From a virus: 64,000 bases of DNA. Shown one piece after another: positions 18,809 through 27,731 of the stretch. The position numbers and the translations under genes are program-made. The stretch lies in the IMG/VR virus record IMGVR_UViG_3300003886_000002, one strand, 5' to 3'. Each line of letters begins with the position of its first letter. The stretch's first letter is position 1. Under the pieces are notes generated by a model that saw only the letters and a program-made list of their open reading frames with translations, searched no databases and was not told the origin of the DNA.

Positions 18809-20211
18809 ATTTCTAGTTTATGCTGTAAAGGGAGTTGGGGGCGGGATCGTTTCTTGGTTCGGGGTCCGGGGTCGTGGGGGAGTTGTGGGACTGTGAGACC
18901 GTTTTGTCGAATGTATTCTTCTAAAGCTTCGACTCGTTGTTTGATTATGGTTACCCGATGCTCTTTCCACTGTCGCTGTTGAGCGTTTTGTGCATGTTTT
19001 TGGTAGTGCCCGGATTCTTCTGTACGCCATTTGGCTAGTTTGATGTAGTCTGTGGAGAGGTCTAGTCCTATTCCGTGTCGCCCTAGTGCGTTGGCTACCA
19101 TGATGGTTGTGCCTGTTCCTGCGAATGGGTCGAGGATGACTGCTGGGCGGGTTGGGGGCTGGTTGGGTTGCCCTGTGTGCCAGCAGTCGCATTGGGTGCC
19201 GACGTTGGTGGTTTCTGTTTGGTGTCCGAGTGTGGACCGTTTTGTGCCGCCTGTAACAGTTCCGCCTGTGGCGGCGACGCGTTCGTTTGCACGTTGCTCA
19301 CTGATGTCGTAGTTGACGTTGCTGCGGTCCTTTTGTACCAGGGGGCGTCGCCCTTCCCCGCAGGCGGTGCAGATCCCGCTTGGGGACCAGCCTTTGATGA
19401 TGCGGTGGGGGAGTTCTTGGGGGAACGCTGCGTAGTGGTCGACGCCTAAATGTTGGGGGACGTGTAGTGGTTGGCTGGCGATTGACCATACGGAGCCGGG
19501 AAGTTTGCCGAGAGGGTTGTGTGTCAGGTCGTGTTCGATGGCGATGCAGGGATTGGAGGTTTGGTGTGCTTGTGTTGCAGACGATTTTTGTGCTTGTGCC
19601 GGGGGTGACGTGTAGGGTTCACGGATTTCGTCTATGGCACTGTAGTATCGCCCCTCTTTTGTGAGGTGGAACCATTGTTCGTGGCTGCGTCGCACCCGGT
19701 CGGTGACAGGTTCGGGTAGACCGTTGCGTTTTCCCCACACTATTTCGGCTCGTAGAATCCATTGCTGCCCGTCGGGTGCGGCCGCGCCGTCGATGCATCC
19801 GATGGCGTATCGCCACGGGAGTCCCATGAGGGATTTGGGGCGCATGGGGGCGGTGATGTGTTGTGTGCGGGTTTGGTTTCTGTCACGGACCGATGGGGTT
19901 CCCACTAGAGTTGAGGAGCCGGTGCCGTTGTTGTTTGTTGCGTTGCTGCCTGCGTATTTGTCGCCCAAATTTATCCAAAGGTTGCCGGTTGGTTTGAGTA
20001 CCCGCCAGCATTCTGTGGTGACGGTCCATAGGGCTTGTAGGAACGCGTCCGGTGTTGCTTCTGAGCCGATCTGCCCGTCGTAGTGCTCTCCGCCGTCTGT
20101 GTAGGAACGTAAAGCGAAATACGGAGGCGATGTCACAATTAAGTCCACGGTGGCGTCGGCCAAAGGGATTTGGACTGCGTCGGCTTTCAAAAGTGACGTG
20201 GCGGCTGTCAT
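18805..20211 (-). CDS. DNA methyltransferase (N4-C/N6-A, beta-type motif order)
   Basis: TSPPY catalytic motif near the N-terminus; ILDPFAGTGTT SAM-binding motif near the C-terminus; Cys-rich insert. Confidence 0.93.
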   Translation of the reverse strand: MTAATSLLKADAVQIPLADATVDLIVTSPPYFALRSYTDGGEHYDGQIGSEATPDAFLQALWTVTTECWRVLKPTGNLWINLGDKYAGSNATNNNGTGSSTLVGTPSVRDRNQTRTQHITAPMRPKSLMGLPWRYAIGCIDGAAAPDGQQWILRAEIVWGKRNGLPEPVTDRVRRSHEQWFHLTKEGRYYSAIDEIREPYTSPPAQAQKSSATQAHQTSNPCIAIEHDLTHNPLGKLPGSVWSIASQPLHVPQHLGVDHYAAFPQELPHRIIKGWSPSGICTACGEGRRPLVQKDRSNVNYDISEQRANERVAATGGTVTGGTKRSTLGHQTETTNVGTQCDCWHTGQPNQPPTRPAVILDPFAGTGTTIMVANALGRHGIGLDLSTDYIKLAKWRTEESGHYQKHAQNAQQRQWKEHRVTIIKQRVEALEEYIRQNGLTVPQLPHDPGPRTKKRSRPQLPLQHKLEI

Positions 20212-20651
20212 GTTTGTTGTTTCTTGTGTTTGGCAGCATTTTTGAGACGGTTTTTTTGTACACGTTGTTTATGGCATTGTCTGCATTTGCGGGATGTGGT
20301 GCCGTTGGAGCGTTTATCTGTGTAGGCGTCATGGAGGCTGTGTCCGTGTTTGCAGTGTGTTTGCTGTGCTTTGCTGCCTCGTTGTATGTTTTCGCGGGTG
20401 GTGACGGCTTCCAAATGTCGGGGGTTGACGCATCTGGGGTTGCGGCACAGGTGGTCGATGGTGAGTTTGTCAGGTATGGGTCCTATGAACAGTTGGTAGG
20501 AGAGTCTGTGGGCGTACTGTTTTTTACCGTCAGGTCCTGTGGCGCGTCCGTACCCTGATTGGTTTGTGTATCCACCCCATTCCCAACAGTTGGGGCCTGT
20601 ACAGATTTTTGACATGAATTTCGTGACCCACGGCTGCCGTACCTCATCCAT
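20208..20651 (-). CDS. HNH endonuclease (HNH_3-like)
   Basis: CWEWGG...GYG...AHRLSY...DHLCRNPRCVNPRHLEAVT.REN; THCKHGH...CRQC. Confidence 0.93.
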   Translation of the reverse strand: MDEVRQPWVTKFMSKICTGPNCWEWGGYTNQSGYGRATGPDGKKQYAHRLSYQLFIGPIPDKLTIDHLCRNPRCVNPRHLEAVTTRENIQRGSKAQQTHCKHGHSLHDAYTDKRSNGTTSRKCRQCHKQRVQKNRLKNAAKHKKQQT

Positions 20652-20660
20652 AGGGGCAGT

Positions 20661-21291
20661 CTAACCGTTACCGTGCGGGTTGTCGAGTTTGCCCCACGTT
20701 TTACGTGCCCTGCGTTCCGCACGTGCAGCTGTGAAGGCCACGCCACCCGTGACCGTCCCCCACGGGGTCACCCCCCCGGGGGGGCGATCCTGTATGACCC
20801 ATGTGTATCGAAAAAACTTTTTGGAAGGATCGTGCACAATTCGGATACGGTATTGGATACCCATGGGGCTACCGGTACAGGGGGTTGACGTCAGGAAGAT
20901 CCGGGGCCACCTGTGCGACATACCCCCAGAGGGCGTCAACAAAATTTTCGTCACCAATCACAGACGGATCACCCCCGCAGGCGTTCACAATGATTTCCCC
21001 CAACCCCAAATCAGGGTACAGGTGTGCAGCCACATGCAACGCCGCAACGAAACGCCTGTACTGCCCGTCACTCACCACCACAACTCAACCACCCTCAACC
21101 CCACCATCCCCAGGTGCCCCCGCCTCAACAGGCGGCACCACCTCAACCATCCGATCAGCAACCTCCCCAGACAAATACTGCTCAAAAAGCAGGGCACGCC
21201 CAACAATCACCTGCGCAGACTCCCGATCAGCAGACTCAACCGCCAAAGCCAAACAAGTCCTACGCATCTCATTCGTAATCTTATAAGCCAT
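20661..21291 (-). CDS. Three small hypothetical ORFs (21085-21291, 20869-21081, 20661-20864)
   Basis: Tightly spaced co-oriented ORFs of 67-70 aa upstream of the HNH gene. Confidence 0.55.
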
Positions 21292-21294
21292 AAA

Positions 21295-21520
21295 CCCAAC
21301 CTACCCCAACCACAAACCCCAACACAACCAAACCACACCCGGCCCATACTATCACCACAAACGGCCGCCACACCCAACCCATACTATCACCACAAAACCC
21401 GGGACCCCACCCAACCCCCACCCGACCCCCACACCCCCGACACCAACACAAACCCACACCAACACATCAACACAAAACCCACAAAACCCACAAAACATGC
21501 AAAAACATGCAAAAACATGT
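21295..21520. repeat. C/A-rich low-complexity tract ending in AAAACATG x3 (10-bp period)
   Basis: Very few G or T on the + strand; caaaacatgc aaaaacatgc aaaaacatgt at 21491-21520. Confidence 0.8.
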
Positions 21521-21626
21521 CAACGCAGGTAGGGGGGTGTCAACAGCTGCTGTGTGTGGGTTTCGGTGCTCGGGAGCTGAACAATGCGTACGTGTGTTCG
21601 GTCTGGGTGGATGGTCGTTTTTGGTG

Positions 21627-21676
21627 CGAACGTTTGTTCGATGATCGAACGTTTGTTCGATGCGAACGTTTGTTCG
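21627..21676. promoter_or_regulatory. Three tandem LexA SOS boxes CGAAC-GTTT-GTTCG
   Basis: Exact copies at 21627, 21646 and 21663 match the Gram-positive/actinobacterial CGAAC-N4-GTTCG consensus. Confidence 0.8.
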
Positions 21677-21815
21677 GTTGTTGTTGGTCTATGTGGATGA
21701 TCCCGATATTGTTACGATCGTATGACGATATCGGATATTCGCTAGACAGATCGGCCGCCATGGGGGATGGTCGAGACGCGCCCCGCTCGGGGCGCCCGAT
21801 TCAGGAGATGACGAT

Positions 21816-22602
21816 ATGCGGAATCACTTGTGCGACGCGACGGGGGCTGAGCTGTGCGTAGTGTGCGGCGAGGACTTCGGCCTATGCAACGATCCCATGG
21901 ACAAGTGGGCTATCACCATCATGTGGGATCATTACGACGGGGATCATGCGCAGTGCCATCCCGCGGGTTGCGCGGTTGCTTCTACCCGGTTCTACAACTA
22001 AGGGGTGTAGCGATGCAGACTCTATCATCCACCATCGTCATCACGACAGACGATGATGGTCACCAAGAGCTACAGGTAGTAGTAGTGGGCGCTCTTGTGA
22101 GCGTCCGCTACTCCGCGCCGGGCGGCGTCCGCGGCCGCGGCGCGCACCACGAGAACGAGGGGAGCGTGGAGCGGGAGCCGGGGCGCGGGACATTCGTCTC
22201 GGCGATCGTGCGAGACCTGATAGACGCCGTGGGCAAGCACCGCGGACCTGCCATCAGGCTAGACGGCCAATGGAAGATTCGCGAGACGAACGTCCTGGCC
22301 GTGCGGCACCTAGACACCGGTGAGATCATCGGTCGTTGGCTCCCGTTGTGGCGCGCCGACGGGAGCCCATCCACCCAGCTCCGAGCTGTACTCGGACGCG
22401 ACAACAACAACAGGAGCGTGTGATAATGACCGATCTAGAGAGTGCGATCAGCGCGGGACGCGACGACGTTCACTTCTGCCCCGAGTGCCACAACTTCTAC
22501 GTGTTGGGAGGGGAGCCGTGCGCGTGCGATGCGCAAACAGTCACGTGGCCATGCGTAGACGCGCCGTGTTGTGGATGTTGCGGCGATGCTCTGACCATCT
22601 GA
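21816..22602 (+). CDS. Three small ORFs (21816-22001, 22013-22423, 22426-22602), two of them Cys-rich
   Basis: AGGAG/AGGGG RBSs; last ORF ends CVDAPCCGCC; followed by hairpin GTGGCGCCGCCA-GAGA-TGGTGGCGCCAC. Confidence 0.65.
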
Positions 22603-22885
22603 CAACGTACGATTGTGGCGCCGCCAGAGATGGTGGCGCCACTGTCGCGCTCGGCCACGCGTCCACGCGTCGTATGTGGCCGTCTAAGCGTTCGCGATAC
22701 GTAGTATGATGCACTACAGCGCAACGTACGTAGCGACGCGTTAGGCGGCCATACGGCGCACAATGGTGGCAAGATGAGACGCGGGGCACTAGCTGACGCG
22801 TGCCACATACGGCCATCGTTCACCTCGACCATGCAACGCGAACCGTCGACCCCGGGAGTACTGGAACATACGTTCGGTCTAGGTG

Positions 22886-22997
22886 GATGGTTGGGTCCGA
22901 TGGTCGACCTGGATGGTCGAGCCCGATGGTCGAGGTGGATGGTCGAGCCCAATGGTCCGGCTGGACGGTCCGGGTGGATGATCTAGATGGATGGTCT
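22886..22997. repeat. Tandem repeat, 13-bp period, 9 units, core GATGGTC
   Basis: Cores at 22886, 22899, 22912, 22925, 22938, 22951, 22964, 22977 and 22990. Confidence 0.85.
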
Positions 22998-23001
22998 ATA
23001 T

Positions 23002-23757
23002 GGGTTACTGCCTCATAGATATAGCAACATTGCATTATCCAGTTCCTTATAGGAAAAGTTGTGTCTAAACCATATATATATGACCGTGTGTCTCTATAGA
23101 GGTCACTGCCTCACATGGACGGTATGGTGCGCGGCAGAGGCATGCTACAGGTGGCGGCACCGTCACTGCCGTAGAGGTCACTGCCTCACGGGGGTGCACC
23201 GTGCCCGTGAGTAGGTATGTCTAGAGGGTTTCCCCTGGACACTTGACAGTAACGTATACGGTGCCACAAGACTCTTGTGGACTACACCGGTGGTGACCGT
23301 TGGGAGGGGTCACTGCCTCACGCGGGGTGCCGTGGGTTCGCGGCCGTAAGAATGCTTGCCGCCGAGGCCTGCCACTATAGAGGGGCCGTGTACCATCACC
23401 TGTCTCTAGGGGGGCTGCCTCACGTGGAGAGGTCACTGCCTCCGCGGGTGCCGTGCAACACTCTAGACGTTACAGTTCCATAGTGTCAGGTGGGTTAGAG
23501 CGGTACAGGGAACTCTACTGGATACGAAACTCGTGCTGCTCACTGTGCTGTAACGGTTGACACTGTAACACCTGTAGGGGTTGCAGGCTCCTGTAGGGGC
23601 CGCTCCATAAATACACTTTAGGGGTTGACTACCCCACCATGCCGCGCGATAATGGTGGTGACTACAGAAAGGACACTACCCATGAAGATGTTATGGAACG
23701 GGGGCTACAGCTACTCCATAGACCCCGCGTCACTAGACCCCGTGAGGTCACTGCCTC
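23002..23757. repeat. Dispersed 14-bp repeat GAGGTCACTGCCTC
   Basis: Exact at 23099, 23174, 23429 and 23744; variants at 23002, 23306 and about 23160. Confidence 0.85.
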
Positions 23758-23978
23758 AAGCGGTAGCCCTATGCGAGCACCGGGAGAACAACCGAGACGG
23801 CCACACCCCGTGCGTACAGTACGGGCACAACGCCCACGCCGCATGGGTCTACCAAGACCCAGACAACACCCTCACAGACAGTACCGACATGTACCCTGAT
23901 TACATCATTAGGGTAAAGGTGGTGACAGACAAGGCCGGGGAGCACCTCGGATACAGGTACCGGCCCGAGCCCGCCTAA
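23682..23978 (+). CDS. Hypothetical protein
   Basis: TTGACT-17-GATAAT promoter and AGAAAGGA RBS before ATG 23682. Confidence 0.7.
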   Translation: MKMLWNGGYSYSIDPASLDPVRSLPQAVALCEHRENNRDGHTPCVQYGHNAHAAWVYQDPDNTLTDSTDMYPDYIIRVKVVTDKAGEHLGYRYRPEPA

Positions 23979-24215
23979 CCCGCGTAACCCCCCGGGGCGC
24001 ATCCCGGGGGGCGGCACCCCACACGAGATATGCAACAAACGAAACCAAACAGTCCACACTGGATCACCACACCCTCAAGAGCTTCACTGGATCACCCACC
24101 CCATCCCCCATGGGACACGACTGGACGCGTCACCGTAGGGATGCACCCCGGGGGACTGTCACACCTACCCGATACCATGTAGTGACCGCTTACGACCCGA
24201 GAGGACACTACCCCT

Positions 24216-24446
24216 ATGCTCCCGTTCCCACCTACCCGCGGCACCCTCGCTATGGCGGCCGCCATACTAGCGGCCCGCGGCGGAGACATACCCTGTACGC
24301 AAGCGTGGCTACATGATCTAGCCGATACGCTGGAAGATAGGGCCATACTCCATAGCGCCGTAGGGGACATGACCACAGGGGACAGACAGGCGAACCTAGC
24401 TCACATAGCCCGAGTAGCCGCAATGTGGATACCCTCATTCAACTGA
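24216..24446 (+). CDS. Hypothetical protein
   Basis: 76 aa, GAGGA RBS. Confidence 0.55.
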   Translation: MLPFPPTRGTLAMAAAILAARGGDIPCTQAWLHDLADTLEDRAILHSAVGDMTTGDRQANLAHIARVAAMWIPSFN

Positions 24447-24503
24447 GCCGGAGACCTACAACATTCACCTAGGTGCTGCGCTCAACATTGCTCAGGAGCG
24501 ACA

Positions 24504-24549
24504 ACGACAAAAGGCCAGAGCTGCGGTAATAGCTCTGGCCTTTTGTCGT
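24504..24549 (+). terminator. Perfect 19-bp hairpin terminator
   Basis: ACGACAAAAGGCCAGAGCT-8nt-AGCTCTGGCCTTTTGTCGT. Confidence 0.85.
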
Positions 24550-24680
24550 GGGATGGGTTGCGGGCGCTTCAGGACTCGCGGCGGGCCTCAACCTGTCCAT
24601 ATGGGCCGCCGCGCGCGGAAGGGCCATTGTGCCTATGCACTCAACTTGACATGCTCGCGCGGGGCTGATACCTTAGCACT

Positions 24681-24805
24681 TGTCAGCAGGTGGGCGGGAA
24701 ACCGCAGCTTGTATCCACCCCGCACCGAGCGCACCATGTCATGTGGGTAAGTCGAGCACGAACGGCCACGGCACTACGGCACACGGAAGCGCCCACCTGC
24801 TGACA
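24681..24805 (+). ncRNA. Candidate structured ncRNA-1 (about 125 nt)
   Basis: TTGACA-17-TACCTT promoter directly upstream; 16-bp perfect terminal stem 24681-24696/24790-24805; no RBS-ORF. Confidence 0.65.
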
Positions 24806-24992
24806 CCTAAGCCCCCACCGAACGGGGAGCGCCCAGGCGTTCCAGTCCAGATGACCGGGACCGTCCGTTTAGATGGTCGAGCGCCGCCCGCTGCCGCTAG
24901 GTCGAGCCCCACCACGCGGCCCCTCAGGGGTGTACACGTGCCCGTACGCGAAGAAAGGGCGCTCCCCTGCGCCCCTCCCTCTCTGTTGAGCC

Positions 24993-25133
24993 TCAGCCCT
25001 CGCGGGCCTCTGTGATGGCTGCACGGCGAGTGCTGGCCTTGCGGGCCTTCGCCTCAGCCTTGCGGGCCTTGCTACCCCACTCGGTCATTCCGGGGGTGGC
25101 CTTGCGAACTGAGGTGCTCGTGGGACTCTGCAT
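24993..25133 (-). CDS. Small basic protein (46 aa)
   Basis: MQSPTSTSVRKATPGMTEWGSKARKAEAKARKASTRR...; AGGAG RBS behind a cassette promoter. Confidence 0.65.
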   Translation of the reverse strand: MQSPTSTSVRKATPGMTEWGSKARKAEAKARKASTRRAAITEAREG

Positions 25134-25154
25134 GATCGTTGCTCCTGATCGGTG

Positions 25155-25253
25155 GTTGCTGACAAGGGAAGTATCTCACACTATCGCGCGCCCGGCAAGG
25201 GTTTTGTTTACCAAACACGCGCTAACAACCGCGAGCGAACACGTGTTCCAGTC
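25155..25253 (-). promoter_or_regulatory. Class I cassette promoter repeat with overlapping ACTGGA/SOS box
   Basis: Near-identical to 27572-27670 and 29287-29378; reads GACTGGAAC-N4-GTTCG...TTG(A/C)C.-17-(-10)-GTCAGCAAC on the minus strand. Confidence 0.85.
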
Positions 25254-25447
25254 CCGGGGGTTGCGCGGCGGCGCCTCTAGTGGGGTGTATCACCTCTCCA
25301 TGCCCTGGCAGGGGCCTACGTGCTGCCACACGTGCACTACACCGGCCTAGTTGGTCGGCTGCGCTTGAGTTGATACACCCCTCTAGAGGCACCCCCGGGA
25401 GGGGCCTAGGTTTCTGTTGCCACCCCCTAGGCGGGGCCGAGTCTTAG

Positions 25448-25576
25448 TCAGTTGGAGTACTCTACGAGCACGGCGCCGCCGCGGGCCTCCACCCATTCTG
25501 CGGCTCTGTCCTCTGCCGCTGAGGTCTTGCGAACCTTGCGGGCCTTCTGTCGCTCTGTGAGCTGACGCTTAGTCAT
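25448..25576 (-). CDS. Small basic protein (42 aa)
   Basis: MTKRQLTERQKARKVRKT...; TACTAT-6-GTCAG start and AAGGGGG RBS. Confidence 0.6.
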   Translation of the reverse strand: MTKRQLTERQKARKVRKTSAAEDRAAEWVEARGGAVLVEYSN

Positions 25577-25832
25577 TCGTTCACCCCCTTGGGACTTGCT
25601 GACATGATGATAGTACCCTACTGGCATGTCGAAAGGCGCGCGAGGGTATTACGGTTGCGTTACAGCATAAATGGAACGAACGTTACATAAATGCTACGCA
25701 TCCAGTCCCGCCCGATGCTGCACGGTGCACCATTGGATCGTAATGAGTCGAACGGCCTATAGTTACGGCTTGCACTGCTAGCCGCTAGCCCCTATAGTGA
25801 TTCATGTCAGCAACCTACCCACAGGAGACCCC

Positions 25833-26273
25833 ATGTCCATAACGTTCGGATTCCACACGGAAGGCCCCCGCGCCTCCGAAACCTTCTGCAATCACACCTG
25901 TCCCATCCCCGGGGGGTGCGATGAGCAACAGCTCTACTTCTACTGTGACCACATGCATGAGGCCACAGAGGCATGCCACAAGTGCGCTCTACGCGTCAAC
26001 CTGTCCAACAGTAACGCAGAGATGGTGCTAGAGCGCCTCGGTATCCCTTTCGACTACTGCGGCACCGTCGCAGCAGACGACATGCTAGGCCGCGCACTAG
26101 TGGCAAACGTAGGGCGCGACGACACCGGCGCAGCCCCCACGGAGGACACCTACGGGCATGCGACCATAGTCGAGTGCGGTGTACCTGAGGGCTACTACGA
26201 GAACGTTATGGGGCGCCTAGTGGCACTAGCGACAGAGGCCAAGTTCAACAACTTTGACATAGGGTGGTCCTAG
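25833..26273 (+). CDS. Hypothetical Cys/His-rich protein
   Basis: TTGCAC-17-TATAGT-GTCAGCAAC promoter; AGGAG RBS. Confidence 0.75.
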   Translation: MSITFGFHTEGPRASETFCNHTCPIPGGCDEQQLYFYCDHMHEATEACHKCALRVNLSNSNAEMVLERLGIPFDYCGTVAADDMLGRALVANVGRDDTGAAPTEDTYGHATIVECGVPEGYYENVMGRLVALATEAKFNNFDIGWS

Positions 26274-26365
26274 CCACTGCGCAACAACTCGCAAGCGTAC
26301 AAGCACGCCGCGCACAGCACCACAGCGGCACAGCACCCCACGCCTTCCAGTCCTACCGGCGGCGC

Positions 26366-26842
26366 CTACCGTGCGATAGGTGGAAGTATCCTAGGGTCGA
26401 CCACCTGCAAGACAGGTAGCCCTATCTCCCGCCACATATCTACCACTTGTTGCCGGTCGTCAACAACGTAGCGGACATCATAGAACGGGGCTATCTGCTC
26501 ACGGTATATCTCTTCTTTCACCACCGAGTCTCTACGTTGGTCACCACCTTTACGCATGATGAGCACGTCAATAGGTAGGGCGTGCTTACGTAGCCACGCG
26601 GTCATCAATAAGCGGCGGTGAGTGTCCCCTACATGGTCTCCCGCCGCACGGCCGCTTGTCATTATGCGCACCACCCCGGGCCGGATAGAACGCAACAGAG
26701 CCGCCACTACAGGTACAGGGGCATCAAAGGGTAGAGCTGCGTTGTATTGCCGCCACGCGCTACCCGAGCGGTCAAGCGGCGCAATGTACGCGACACTAGC
26801 AAGAGTGCCATCACGATCGAAAATAACGGCAGGGGGTCTCAT
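26366..26842 (-). CDS. HAD phosphatase resembling the T4 PNK 3'-phosphatase domain
   Basis: IFDRDGTLA, TSGR, MRKGGDQRRDSVVKEE, DDRQQVVDMWREIGLPVLQV. Confidence 0.9.
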   Translation of the reverse strand: MRPPAVIFDRDGTLASVAYIAPLDRSGSAWRQYNAALPFDAPVPVVAALLRSIRPGVVRIMTSGRAAGDHVGDTHRRLLMTAWLRKHALPIDVLIMRKGGDQRRDSVVKEEIYREQIAPFYDVRYVVDDRQQVVDMWREIGLPVLQVVDPRILPPIAR

Positions 26843-27552
26843 TGGGCTAGCGTAGCGCTCAACCTGAGCCCATCACGAAAGATATGCAAACGCGTCAGAG
26901 CCGGAATGTCGGCCATTAGGTCAAGTGTACCTAACGTGTTGTGAACCATCATACGCTCGACCTCATCGCGTACACGTTCTGCACTCACTAGCCCCAGCAT
27001 GCGGGCCGCATCACGGCTGCATAGCGCATCCCAAGTATCGACCGTAGGCTCTAGGCCCTTGGTTATGCAGAAGCGCAACCCGCGTAGCACGCGTAGCCCG
27101 TCCTCTGCTATGCGCTCCGAAGGATTACCAACGAACCTGAGCACCCCGTTACGGAGGTCGTCTTGACCGCCGTGAGGGTCGATAAGGTCCCCCGTGAGAG
27201 GGTCGCGAGCCATAGCGTTCACGGTGAAATCTCGGCGTGCCAGATCATCGGCTAGCGTGCCGGGCTCCACAAAATCAGGGCGGCGACCGTCGCTACCGGC
27301 GGAATCTTTACGCGCCAGCACAAAATCTGCATCCCGAGTACGTTCCCGCAACACGTGCCCTTTCGGCACCCCTGCGCGGATAGTGACAAACTCAGGATGT
27401 TCCACGTGCAACACGAAACCCTCGGCGACAAGGTGTGAGCGCATGGCTTGGAACGAGGGAGCGATAACGGCAAAGTCGATATCCTTTGTAGGGATACCCA
27501 TGAGGTCATCGCGTACGCACCCCCCTACCTCAAACATTTTGATGTCTGCCAT
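26839..27552 (-). CDS. tRNA nucleotidyltransferase (class II CCA-adding enzyme), short form
   Basis: VGGCVRD, KDIDF, DLARRDFTVNAMA, EDGLRVLRGLRF, VSAERVRDE. Confidence 0.93.
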   Translation of the reverse strand: MADIKMFEVGGCVRDDLMGIPTKDIDFAVIAPSFQAMRSHLVAEGFVLHVEHPEFVTIRAGVPKGHVLRERTRDADFVLARKDSAGSDGRRPDFVEPGTLADDLARRDFTVNAMARDPLTGDLIDPHGGQDDLRNGVLRFVGNPSERIAEDGLRVLRGLRFCITKGLEPTVDTWDALCSRDAARMLGLVSAERVRDEVERMMVHNTLGTLDLMADIPALTRLHIFRDGLRLSATLAQ

Positions 27553-27571
27553 GATCCCCTCCGGGCCGTTG

Positions 27572-27670
27572 GTTGCTGACAGAAAAAGTATACAGCACTA
27601 TCGCGCGTCCGTCAAGGGTTTTGTTTACCAAACACGCGCTAACAGCCGCGAGCGAACACGTGTTCCAGTC
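27572..27670 (-). promoter_or_regulatory. Class I promoter repeat with SOS-like box upstream of the CCA/phosphatase operon
   Basis: TTGACG-17-TATACT-6-GTCAGCAAC; CGAACACGTGTTCC at 27653-27666. Confidence 0.85.
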
Positions 27671-27731
27671 GCCCCGGGGCGGTGTGGGCGCGGCTGTAGG
27701 GTGGGCCGTGAGGCCCGCCCCTACTGCTCTG

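Noticed and set aside
20680-21861. 393-aa + strand ORF, and the many ORFs in 55233-56100
   Set aside because: C/A-rich low-complexity DNA lacks stop codons; the products are Pro/Thr/His/Asn-rich and overlap better-supported genes or SOS boxes.
23161-23190. GTCACTGCCGTAGAGG resembles the start of a type I-F CRISPR repeat
   Set aside because: The GGCAG arm and 3' handle are missing, spacing is irregular and no cas operon is present. Kept only as a dispersed repeat.
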